Origin: Candidatus Thorarchaeota archaeon
GTDB lineage: Archaea > Asgardarchaeota > Thorarchaeia > Thorarchaeales > Thorarchaeaceae
NCBI GenBank assembly: GCA_048882385.1
Contig: JBHLRQ010000002.1
Span: 24,799-88,798 of the forward strand
Direction of reading: 5' to 3'
Length of the DNA stretch: 64,000 nt
Of this stretch, positions 55,788-64,000 are shown piece by piece. The position numbers and the translations under genes are program-made. The first letter of the stretch is position 1. The number at the start of each line of letters is the position of its first letter. A model generated the notes under the pieces. That model was not told the DNA's origin and made no database searches. It saw nothing but the letters and a program-made list of their open reading frames with translations.

Positions 55788-56858
55788 TCATCTTCCCATT
55801 ATTCTATGAAGTCTATCGCTACTCTTTTTTGCTCTGAGAAGCCGAGTGAGTCGGTCTTCTGCTGAGCCCGTTAGTAGAAATGGATGTCTGCTCAGAAACT
55901 CCCTATCTTTAACAGAGAGAGGGAGTCCTTCATTCAGAACTTCTATCACCCTTTGAGTTTCCGCATAATCTTCACCCACAGCCATTAGATAGAGCTGGTC
56001 CAGAAACTCATCTGGATACTCCTCACTTATTTTGCTGAGTTCTGGTTGTGGTGCACCCTTTGTCTTCCTTACTAGATTTTCAAGAAATCTTGAATCACTA
56101 AATGCTACCACCCCACTGTTCTCAATGAGTTCCTCAATTTTCTCTCTCGGAATCTCACTTCCCTCTACTTCTTCTGTCATGTAGAGACTCATTGCTAGGT
56201 GATTCATATCTGAGAATCCCCAACCCTCAGTCAATTCCGCAATGACTGACACATCGAGGTCTTCTCTATCTTTCAAGACTTGTTCAAGAAGTCTAATCCT
56301 ATCTTCAACGGATGTGCCTTCTACAATGTAGGTTCTATCAAAAAGTGAAAGAAGCTCTCTGTCCACTTGTTCTGGTCTTGTAGTAGCAGCAATGATAATC
56401 ACTTCATCCGCACTCCAATTTGTGTTCTTGATCTCGTCCTGAACCATGACAGACTGAAAGGAATCTCGTGGACTAATGACTTCCAGTTTCTCGATATACA
56501 GTAGTGAGGGAGAATTCCTTTTTGAAAACTCAAACCCTACTCTGAGTGACTCAGAGCCCCTTTTGCTCTCGTCAAGAACTCCTTCCATTTTGAAAGTGAC
56601 GATTTTGATTGGCACCTCCCGTGCGAGAAAGTGAGGAAATGCTCCGAAATCGGTTCCTGGTGGTCCAATAAGTAAGACTCTTCCTCCAAATATCAGTCCT
56701 CTATCATCCATCTTCACCTTCAACACCTCATAACGTCTGAGAAGCTGCAAAAACTCTGTTGCGAAGGTGACTACGGAATACTGACTAACTCGTTCAGTTG
56801 GAACCTGTTCAGGAGTGGTTAGTGTAACCATTTCAACGAATTCTCTTTCTTCGCCCAA
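55788..56858 (-). CDS. Degenerate Cdc48/classic-clade AAA+ domain protein
   Basis: LLIGPPGTDFGA (no Walker A Lys), LYIEKLE (Walker B altered), IAATTRPEQVD, TEGWGFSD. Confidence 0.78.
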   Translation of the reverse strand: MGEEREFVEMVTLTTPEQVPTERVSQYSVVTFATEFLQLLRRYEVLKVKMDDRGLIFGGRVLLIGPPGTDFGAFPHFLAREVPIKIVTFKMEGVLDESKRGSESLRVGFEFSKRNSPSLLYIEKLEVISPRDSFQSVMVQDEIKNTNWSADEVIIIAATTRPEQVDRELLSLFDRTYIVEGTSVEDRIRLLEQVLKDREDLDVSVIAELTEGWGFSDMNHLAMSLYMTEEVEGSEIPREKIEELIENSGVVAFSDSRFLENLVRKTKGAPQPELSKISEEYPDEFLDQLYLMAVGEDYAETQRVIEVLNEGLPLSVKDREFLSRHPFLLTGSAEDRLTRLLRAKKSSDRLHRIMGR

Positions 56859-56976
56859 CTTTCAACCCCACTGACTGCTGGCTTCTCGGTCGTTCCCCCG
56901 AAACCATATTACGTCTTCGGACATGGTACAATTTCGCGCCGAACAATATACTCACCGTATTGTAAGAATATCACAG

Positions 56977-57948
56977 TTAGGCAATGATAGTATGCTCATC
57001 CTTGACTTCTGTTTGTATTCGTCTGGAGGAGAGTACCCATAACGGAATCCCAATTCCCAACCAAATAATAGTATCACCAATAGTGGCCAGGACAAAATTC
57101 AGTCCTTCTGGATCTAACCAGAACTGTCCCAAATTCATCATTTTGATGAGTGGAAAAATCAACAAAAAGCCAAAGATTCTTTGGAGGAATACTTCATTCA
57201 CTCTGGATGCGTATCTTGGGCCAATAAAGCCTCCAATAATCATTCCAATTCCCATTATCAAACCGTAATATAAGAAGACTAACAGTTGTTCACTTTGAGC
57301 TAAATAGAAGTAATTCACCACAGAACCCGCTGATGTTGTGAAGATCATTGTGAACATCGATGTAGCTGCTGCCATTATCATCGGAAATCTCAAGACGATG
57401 TACAGAACTGGAACTATGATCGTTCCACCACCTAGACCCAGAAGACCTGCTGAAACACCTGCCATGAATATTGCGATTATTGTTGCTGCTAGTTTTATTT
57501 TGTCCAACTCAGAAAATCCAATCTTCGTTTTTTTCCGATCTTCAATTTCAGAATCATCTCCTATTGCGAAGATCAATTTCAGTGCGACAGGGATCAAAAT
57601 TATACCAAAAAGATAGCGTAAGATATGCGCATGCGCGGCTATTGTTCTAAAGAAGATACCAACAAAGGTTCCTGGTATCGTAGCGATAACTGATATAATT
57701 CCCACCTGATAATCTATCAATTGAGAGTTCTGTCTGTAATATACTATGGTGCTCACAAATGCAATAAAAAGCGCTGATAGTAAAGATGCTGCAGAGGCTA
57801 CTTCTGCAGTAAGTGCAAACAGAATGATCAGAAGTGGTGTCTTGAAAGCACCACCACTAATTCCAGTCATGGCTGCAACGATTCCAATACCGACTGAAAT
57901 TAGTACGATTACAATGAAGTCGATTATGAGTTGTTGCACACTGATCAA
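56977..57948 (-). CDS. TauE/SafE (TSUP) family transporter
   Basis: Duplicated GISGGAFKTP / GLGGGTIIVP motifs; AAATS; multiple TM. Confidence 0.9.
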   Translation of the reverse strand: MISVQQLIIDFIVIVLISVGIGIVAAMTGISGGAFKTPLLIILFALTAEVASAASLLSALFIAFVSTIVYYRQNSQLIDYQVGIISVIATIPGTFVGIFFRTIAAHAHILRYLFGIILIPVALKLIFAIGDDSEIEDRKKTKIGFSELDKIKLAATIIAIFMAGVSAGLLGLGGGTIIVPVLYIVLRFPMIMAAATSMFTMIFTTSAGSVVNYFYLAQSEQLLVFLYYGLIMGIGMIIGGFIGPRYASRVNEVFLQRIFGFLLIFPLIKMMNLGQFWLDPEGLNFVLATIGDTIIWLGIGIPLWVLSSRRIQTEVKDEHTIIA

Positions 57949-58069
57949 TCCTGATACGGTGTTATTCTTTTACTTCAAAATAAATTGTTCAGTACGCTAG
58001 AATATAGGTTCATTCGCGCCCTTCTGTGCTAGGTTCATAACTGTTAAGACTGACACTAACTCTTGCCAG

Positions 58070-59791
58070 GTGGTTCTGATGAGCATCCAAAGCAAAAAAC
58101 TTCGAGAGCAGGTAATGAATGTCATCGCAACAGTAGAGAGTCGAGGTCTCTTTGTACATTCATCTGACCTTGAAATCAAATACAGTTCTTCAGGTTCCTC
58201 AAAAGATCAGGTGAAAACTGCCAAGCTGCCACTAATTGTTGGCACATGCGTATTGAATGCCTTGGTTCCAAGATCTGCAATGCTGCTGGTTGGTGGTCAC
58301 GGTGGAGGAAAAACCACACTAGCAAAAATCTTGGGTCGCATGATGACTGGAAAGTCTCTTGACGAGATAGAAGATGGCATTCTGAGAGGTCATCCTCAGT
58401 TGACTGAAGAGAAGATGATAGCGACGCTCAAACCTGGACCTTTGATGAAGGATGGTCTGGAAGTTGTTGTGTGGAGAAGATTTGTAACTAATTTCTTCAA
58501 GATTATTGATGAGGTCAACAGACTCACGCCTCATGCTCAGAATATTCTACTATCGCTTTTGGCTGAGGGCGAACTGAAATATTATGATGAAGTGAAGCGT
58601 TGTGAAGAATTCTGTCTTTACGCAACATTGAATCCAACTGATGCAGGAACATTCGATATAGGTCCTCCATTTCTAGACCGTTTTGGAATCGCAGTTCCCA
58701 TAACTATGCCAACTGTTAATGACTTGGAGCTGATTCTCGCATCACGAGACGATCGTCTTTTTGGTTATGATGAACTCTGGCAAGTACCTGCAGTATTAAC
58801 AGAGGAAGACTTACTCACAATCTGGAATTTAGCTGACAAGGTTTCTGTATCGCACGAGGCTTCAGAGTTCATGCGGTCAGTCGTGAGGGAATTTGGAGCA
58901 TGTATACGAGCTGACAAGAGTCAATCAACAGGTCTCACAGTCGAAACTGGTCTTTGTGATGGATGTCATTTTAATACAGCGAAGAGCGTGTGCAATAAAG
59001 TCATCATTCCCTTGAGTGTTCGCGCGGCAAAAGACCTGAATAGGTATTCAAAGGCGGCTGCATGGCTAGTGGGAGCTACAGAAGTCAGCGTGGAAATTGT
59101 CAAGTCACTAGCTCCTCTTGTTTTCTGGCACAGGACACAATATGTTAGAGATGAGCTAGATAGGTCTCCCTACTATGGAGATATCTTTGAATACACTAAA
59201 CATCTCGTTGAACTTGCAATATCCCGCTTTGTTCAGAGAGAACCCGCAATCGCGATAATGGACTCGATGAAACAAGGCAAGGAATCAAAGGATGCGATGA
59301 ATGAACTAAAAGAGATGGGGAAAAGCGATCTTCTTGTTCGTCTAGACCACATCGCATTAGCAAAGGCATTGAAGAAATCAGGATATCAAAAGATGGTCAA
59401 GAATATTGAGAAGTGTATTAAGAACCAGAACGTTGCGGAGTTGACTACTATCTATGAAGATCTGCTGAAGGATACTGATTTTCCAAATCGGAGTATGCTA
59501 TTGAAACAAGTGTCTGAGGCTCTTCATAAAATCACACTTACACAATTTGCTATCAACTTTGAGCAGTGGCAGGATCTTTGGACAACAATTAGTCTTCAAT
59601 TTCCAAAGCTGACCAGTATTTTGAAGGAAACCTTGAATCCTCCAAAGAGGAAGATAGTTCGAACTGATGGACTTACTGTTGTAATCTATGTAACAGGTGA
59701 CAAACCTGAATCTGCTGTATTTCTTGAGATATCTGGAGGAACAGCAGCATTGAATCTAAAGAAAGAAATTGAAAACCAAGTGGGAGAATGA
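58070..59791 (+). CDS. MoxR-like AAA+ ATPase
   Basis: GGHGGGKTT, IIDEVNR, ATLNP.D, FLDRF, SVRA. Confidence 0.88.
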   Translation: MVLMSIQSKKLREQVMNVIATVESRGLFVHSSDLEIKYSSSGSSKDQVKTAKLPLIVGTCVLNALVPRSAMLLVGGHGGGKTTLAKILGRMMTGKSLDEIEDGILRGHPQLTEEKMIATLKPGPLMKDGLEVVVWRRFVTNFFKIIDEVNRLTPHAQNILLSLLAEGELKYYDEVKRCEEFCLYATLNPTDAGTFDIGPPFLDRFGIAVPITMPTVNDLELILASRDDRLFGYDELWQVPAVLTEEDLLTIWNLADKVSVSHEASEFMRSVVREFGACIRADKSQSTGLTVETGLCDGCHFNTAKSVCNKVIIPLSVRAAKDLNRYSKAAAWLVGATEVSVEIVKSLAPLVFWHRTQYVRDELDRSPYYGDIFEYTKHLVELAISRFVQREPAIAIMDSMKQGKESKDAMNELKEMGKSDLLVRLDHIALAKALKKSGYQKMVKNIEKCIKNQNVAELTTIYEDLLKDTDFPNRSMLLKQVSEALHKITLTQFAINFEQWQDLWTTISLQFPKLTSILKETLNPPKRKIVRTDGLTVVIYVTGDKPESAVFLEISGGTAALNLKKEIENQVGE

Positions 59792-61542
59792 ATCAGATGT
59801 CACGAACCTCTGAAAGCACCTCTCATGAACGAGGACTCATAGAAGTTGCCCAAAGAGCATGGGGACAAGCATTAACTGATTTCTACCATCCTCCACTTCC
59901 GGAACCGAAAATTGAGAACACTACCGAAGCCTCCAGTTTCTTCTATATTGATTCAGTTAGCTGGACAGTTCATCTGAACACAGCAGGAGTTCCACTCTAT
60001 ATGGATTCAAATGAAGCAGAACCTTATCTTCGGTCGGTTTGCCAGCACGAGATCCAGCACTACTTGCTCTGTCCATACGATGGTGTGACGAATGGTTTGA
60101 TGTTTGCAGCTGCTAGAAGGAAAGTGAATGACGCAACTGCAATGTTTGTTTGTAACCTATATGCTGATCTCGTTGTTGACTCCAAACTTTTGAAACGATT
60201 TCCTACATTGACTCATAGTAGAATAAGCGCATCAATTCATGACTCTGCACTAAGGATTCGAGATCATAGTCTCCTGTGGACTTTGATTGCAGCAACATAT
60301 CGTGCTATGTGGGGGTTTCCGATTCCTGCTTTGGCTTCCGTTGATGAAAGAGCATTTGAAGCTGCCAAGAAGATTACTGATGTAGCTCGCAAGTCAATTG
60401 ACAGTGAACCTAAGTGGCCAAAAGCTTGTGAAAATATAGCAAGAATAATTGCAGAATGGCTGCCTGAGGATGAAGAAGACCAGCTTCCTGGAATAGGAGA
60501 TTTTGGTGGATCTAGCGATGCAAGACATGAAGGAAAAGGAGAAGTTGGTTCTGATTTTGTTGTTGTACCTCAAGATGTTGATGCTGTGATGGGTAATCCA
60601 ATTGAAGTTAGAAATGGCGATCTTGCTCGAAAGTGTCTTGATGCTGAATCGATGCGGGATATTGATGGAGAGATGGAGCGACTTGCTGTAGAGATTGAGC
60701 AACTGGGAGGAGATTTAGAGGATCTAGAAGGAGTGTATCTTACTGCAGGCATCGGATCCCCGAGGAAAGAGTGGATTCGATTCTGGTATAGAGCAAAAGC
60801 GCAAGGGAATCTCCGCATTGAAGTGGTTGAGCAGAAGTTTTCAGGTTCAGCTCCGCTAGCTCCTCAAGTCTGGAGACTAGGTGATCCCGTTGAAGAACTT
60901 GATATTGTGCAGTCCTTACAGACTTTTCCTGTTCTAATTCCAAACAAATCAACACGCAAATGGCTAAAGGTTGAGTCTCTTGGAATTGAGAGATCCAAAT
61001 CACTTCCGGACATGCTCATTGTGATTGATTCAAGCGGATCTATGACTTGGGGAATGCGTTCGAAATCTGTTTCTGGATCCTATCATACTGCACTTGTTGC
61101 TGCGTTTGCAGCAATAGAGGTCGCTCTACAGAAGGGCTCGAGGATTGCTGCAATAAACTTCTCTGATGGTAGTCGATCAAGCAAGTGGTCTTCTAACCGA
61201 GAGGAAGTAGAACGAATACTACTAGCGTATCAGGGGGGCGGTACCGTGGCTCCTACAAAGAAGATTGCTTCTGTGTGTGAGGATGCAGAATCACAAGTAA
61301 TGGTAATCATGATTACTGATGCAGAGATTGCCAACTGGGACAAATTTATTGATTCCATTCGAACACTCACTAACAAAGGTCACAACCTATTCATCTTCCA
61401 TATTGGAGGAGGATCTGGGAAACGTAAGAGTAGGATTCAGAGAGCTCTTGAAGAAGCGGGAGCCAATGTCTACCCAATCAAATCCACCAAGGACCTTCCT
61501 AGTCTTGTTATCAGGGAAGTCCACAGAGTTTACGGAAGATGA
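59788..61542 (+). CDS. VWA-domain protein with N-terminal HExxH metallopeptidase-like region
   Basis: HEIQH; MIDAS IDSSGSM, GGGT, ITDAE; overlaps the MoxR gene by 4 nt. Confidence 0.88.
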   Translation: MNQMSRTSESTSHERGLIEVAQRAWGQALTDFYHPPLPEPKIENTTEASSFFYIDSVSWTVHLNTAGVPLYMDSNEAEPYLRSVCQHEIQHYLLCPYDGVTNGLMFAAARRKVNDATAMFVCNLYADLVVDSKLLKRFPTLTHSRISASIHDSALRIRDHSLLWTLIAATYRAMWGFPIPALASVDERAFEAAKKITDVARKSIDSEPKWPKACENIARIIAEWLPEDEEDQLPGIGDFGGSSDARHEGKGEVGSDFVVVPQDVDAVMGNPIEVRNGDLARKCLDAESMRDIDGEMERLAVEIEQLGGDLEDLEGVYLTAGIGSPRKEWIRFWYRAKAQGNLRIEVVEQKFSGSAPLAPQVWRLGDPVEELDIVQSLQTFPVLIPNKSTRKWLKVESLGIERSKSLPDMLIVIDSSGSMTWGMRSKSVSGSYHTALVAAFAAIEVALQKGSRIAAINFSDGSRSSKWSSNREEVERILLAYQGGGTVAPTKKIASVCEDAESQVMVIMITDAEIANWDKFIDSIRTLTNKGHNLFIFHIGGGSGKRKSRIQRALEEAGANVYPIKSTKDLPSLVIREVHRVYGR

Positions 61543-61547
61543 ACTAT

Positions 61548-62990
61548 CTATTCAGATTCTTCTGTTTCATCTTCAGATCCTGGTTGTGGCTGTCCTGTCA
61601 GATACGCTTGGATTGACCTAGCTGCAATTCTACCTGCACCCATAGCCTCGATGACTGTTGCTGAACCAGTAACTATGTCTCCTCCAGCCCACACTCTGTC
61701 AACACTTGTACGATTATTCTTGTCAACTTCGATGTACCCCCATCTATTCAGCTCAAGATCTGGCATTGTGTTGATCAGTAATGGATTTGCTCCAGCACCA
61801 ATAGATATGATCACTTGATCACACTTGAATTCGAAGTTAGATCCCTCTATTGGCAACGGTCTCCTTCGCCCACTGGCATCAGGTTCACCAAGCTCCATTC
61901 TTATACATTCCATTCCTGTTACTTTTCCATCTTCACCCAGGATTCTTACTGGATTAGTCAGTAATTGAAATTCCACTCCTTCCTCTTCCGCGTGATGCAC
62001 CTCTTCTGCTCTGGCAGGTAATTGTTCTCTTGCCCTCCGATAGACGATTGTGACATGGGCGCCTAGTCTTTTTGCTGTGCGAGCAGAGTCCATTGCCACA
62101 TTACCACCACCCACAACGCATGTGTGTTTTCCAGGAGGTAGAGGTGAATCATAATCAGGAAATAGATATCCCTTCATCAAATTACTACGGGTCAGATATT
62201 CGTTTGCTGAGAAGACACCATTGAGTTCCTCTCCATCTATTCTCATAAAGGTTGGAAGGCCTGCACCAACTCCAATGTAGACCGCATCATATTCCTCAAG
62301 CAGTTCATCCATTGAAACTGACATTCCAACAACGTCATTCAGATTGATCTCGACTCCTTGCTTTTCGAGGTATTCTACCTCTGCCTTTACAATCTCCTTT
62401 GGTAGTCTGAATTCTGGTATACCATAGACAAGAACCCCTCCAGCTTCATGGAGCGCCTCGTAGATAGTAACTCCATGGCCTTCAAGGATGAGGTCTCCTG
62501 CGACAGTCAAACCAGAAGGTCCGGATCCAATAACAGCTACTTTCTTGCCACTGGATTTTGGTTTCTTTGGAATTTCAACTAGATTGTTCATTCTCTCATA
62601 ATCTGCAACAAATCGTTCGAGAGCACCGATGGACACTCCACCATACCTTTTGAATAGAGTACACGATCCCTCACATTGAGTTTCTTGAGGACATACTCGA
62701 CCTGTTACTGCAGGAAGCACATTTGTTTCTTTAATTAGACGAGCTGCCTCCACAAACTTGCCCTCTGAAACCAATTTGAGAAACTCAGGTATCTGCACAC
62801 CTACCGGGCATCCACCAACACAAGGTTTCTTCCTACAATCAAGACATCTCACTGATTCTCTCATCGCCATTTCAGGAGTGAGTCCCAGAGGTACTTCTTC
62901 GAAATTAGCTGCTCGAGTATGAGGATTCTGTTCAGGCATCTTAGACCGAGGTATCGCCATTCTTTCTTTGGGAGTCAGTTTCTCCGTCAT
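61548..62990 (-). CDS. nfnB: NfnB/SudA (GltD-like) large subunit of electron-bifurcating transhydrogenase
   Basis: RCLDC..PCVGGCP, GRVCPQETQCE, GSGPSGL, YGIPEFRLP, GGGNVAMD, AGGDIVTG. Confidence 0.9.
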   Translation of the reverse strand: MTEKLTPKERMAIPRSKMPEQNPHTRAANFEEVPLGLTPEMAMRESVRCLDCRKKPCVGGCPVGVQIPEFLKLVSEGKFVEAARLIKETNVLPAVTGRVCPQETQCEGSCTLFKRYGGVSIGALERFVADYERMNNLVEIPKKPKSSGKKVAVIGSGPSGLTVAGDLILEGHGVTIYEALHEAGGVLVYGIPEFRLPKEIVKAEVEYLEKQGVEINLNDVVGMSVSMDELLEEYDAVYIGVGAGLPTFMRIDGEELNGVFSANEYLTRSNLMKGYLFPDYDSPLPPGKHTCVVGGGNVAMDSARTAKRLGAHVTIVYRRAREQLPARAEEVHHAEEEGVEFQLLTNPVRILGEDGKVTGMECIRMELGEPDASGRRRPLPIEGSNFEFKCDQVIISIGAGANPLLINTMPDLELNRWGYIEVDKNNRTSVDRVWAGGDIVTGSATVIEAMGAGRIAARSIQAYLTGQPQPGSEDETEESE

Positions 62991-63866
62991 CTAGGCAACC
63001 TCCTTCTGTGTTTGATTCTCTTTCAGAATCGCACCATCTTGTCTGCATCTGTGAAATTGAAAGGCAAGGTTTTCTTCAACAACATATGCCCGTTTTCTAG
63101 CAAATACTAGATCCCAGTTCACTTTGTGCGCATCAAAATCTGGTCCATCCACACAAGCAAATCTTGTTTCGCCTGCAACTTCGACTCGGCAGACTCCACA
63201 CATTCCTGTTCCGTCTACCATCAGGGTGTTTAGAGCAGCAATCGTCGGAATGTTGTGAGGTTTAGTTCCCTGGCTGGAAACCATCATCATGTAAGTGCAG
63301 CCTACAAAGTGAGCATGGTCAATCTTACCTTCTTTTTCAAGAATGTGTGGAAGAGCTTCCTTGACATGTCCCTTTATTCCTCTTGAACCATCACCAGTCA
63401 CAATATAGAGGTCATCCACGACTTCCCTCAGTTTTTCCTCGTTATACACAATGTATGAGGTTCGCGCTTCGAGGAGACCTATGACTCTATTTCCTACATC
63501 TTTGAATGCTTTAGCAAGGGGATAAATTGCACCGAGACCATAGCAACCACCTCCAAGAAGGACTGTGCCCCATTTTTCGATGACTGATGGTCTACCAAGC
63601 GGTCCGACGACTGTGTGGACCGAGTCACCAGTCTTCATTCGCGAAAGTTTCATGGTCGAAACACCCGCCTCAAGATAAAACACAGTTATCGTTCCAGCCT
63701 CAGCATCCCAATCAGATAGAGTGAATGGAACTCGTTCACCCACCTCATCAGGTATTAAGATGATGAATTGACCTGGTTTTGCGCGTCTAGCAATTGCTGG
63801 TGCTTCGAGCACAAGTCTATGTGTATTGGGAACGACTTCTTCATTCACTAGAATCTTGCCACTCAT
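62991..63866 (-). CDS. nfnA: NfnA/SudB (PyrK-like FAD/[2Fe-2S]) small subunit
   Basis: AKPGQF, ERVPFTL, GPLG, MVDGTGMCGVCRV, ACVDGPDFD. Confidence 0.9.
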   Translation of the reverse strand: MSGKILVNEEVVPNTHRLVLEAPAIARRAKPGQFIILIPDEVGERVPFTLSDWDAEAGTITVFYLEAGVSTMKLSRMKTGDSVHTVVGPLGRPSVIEKWGTVLLGGGCYGLGAIYPLAKAFKDVGNRVIGLLEARTSYIVYNEEKLREVVDDLYIVTGDGSRGIKGHVKEALPHILEKEGKIDHAHFVGCTYMMMVSSQGTKPHNIPTIAALNTLMVDGTGMCGVCRVEVAGETRFACVDGPDFDAHKVNWDLVFARKRAYVVEENLAFQFHRCRQDGAILKENQTQKEVA

Positions 63867-64000
63867 TTGGATACCTCCTTTGCATTTGCCTTCTCCAGTC
63901 GTTTGATGAGGTCATCAAAGGATTCTTTGATTTCAGGTCTGTCACGATTGGGTAATGCTTCAATGAAGGTTGCCAAATCTTGGATACGTTCTGCTAGCGT
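63863..64000 (-). CDS. 3' end of an upstream gene (partial)
   Basis: Open frame TLAERIQDLATFIEALPNRDRPEIKESFDDLIKRLEKANAKEVSK* whose TGA overlaps the nfnA ATG. Confidence 0.6.
   Translation of the reverse strand, partial: TLAERIQDLATFIEALPNRDRPEIKESFDDLIKRLEKANAKEVSK

Noticed and set aside
56880-56945. Nested short stems upstream of the pseudo-AAA gene
   Set aside because: Stems of only 3-5 bp with large internal loops; cannot be distinguished from chance without homologues.
61548-62990. Glutamate synthase small subunit
   Set aside because: Paired with a PyrK-like gene and no GltB in the window, which is the NfnAB/SudAB arrangement.

Overview
Archaeal chromosomal DNA, most consistent with an Asgard archaeon and probably Thorarchaeia. 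The evidence is a longin-domain protein, a WD40+PCI-like protein, adaptin-appendage-like Zn-ribbon proteins, an Smc5/6-flavoured SMC, archaeal ZPR1 and DUF2070, and frequent TTG/GTG starts; this taxonomy is inferred, not searched. The window opens with a >2,470-codon repeat surface glycoprotein that the ORF track misses. It also holds porDAB, two M28 peptidase paralogues (one apparently catalytically dead), a pseudo-HD protein, two tandem 8x Zn-ribbon proteins, a PadR/heterodimeric ABC exporter unit with three operator palindromes, tRNA-Ala(UGC), a K+-independent H+-PPase, a pseudo-AAA/SMC/kleisin operon with a displaced kite gene, a MoxR/VWA pair and nfnAB. No integrase, transposase, CRISPR array or rRNA was seen. 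The strongest unexplained signals are non-coding. (i) Two ~100-nt minus-strand RNAs (45501-45603, 46628-46724) share a promoter layout, a closing stem, a GAAA-tetraloop hairpin and a conserved CU-rich anti-Shine-Dalgarno-like loop. (ii) A ~350-nt MFS leader carries two homologous ~32-aa uORFs and switchable hairpins. All product calls come from motif recognition by eye, without database searches.
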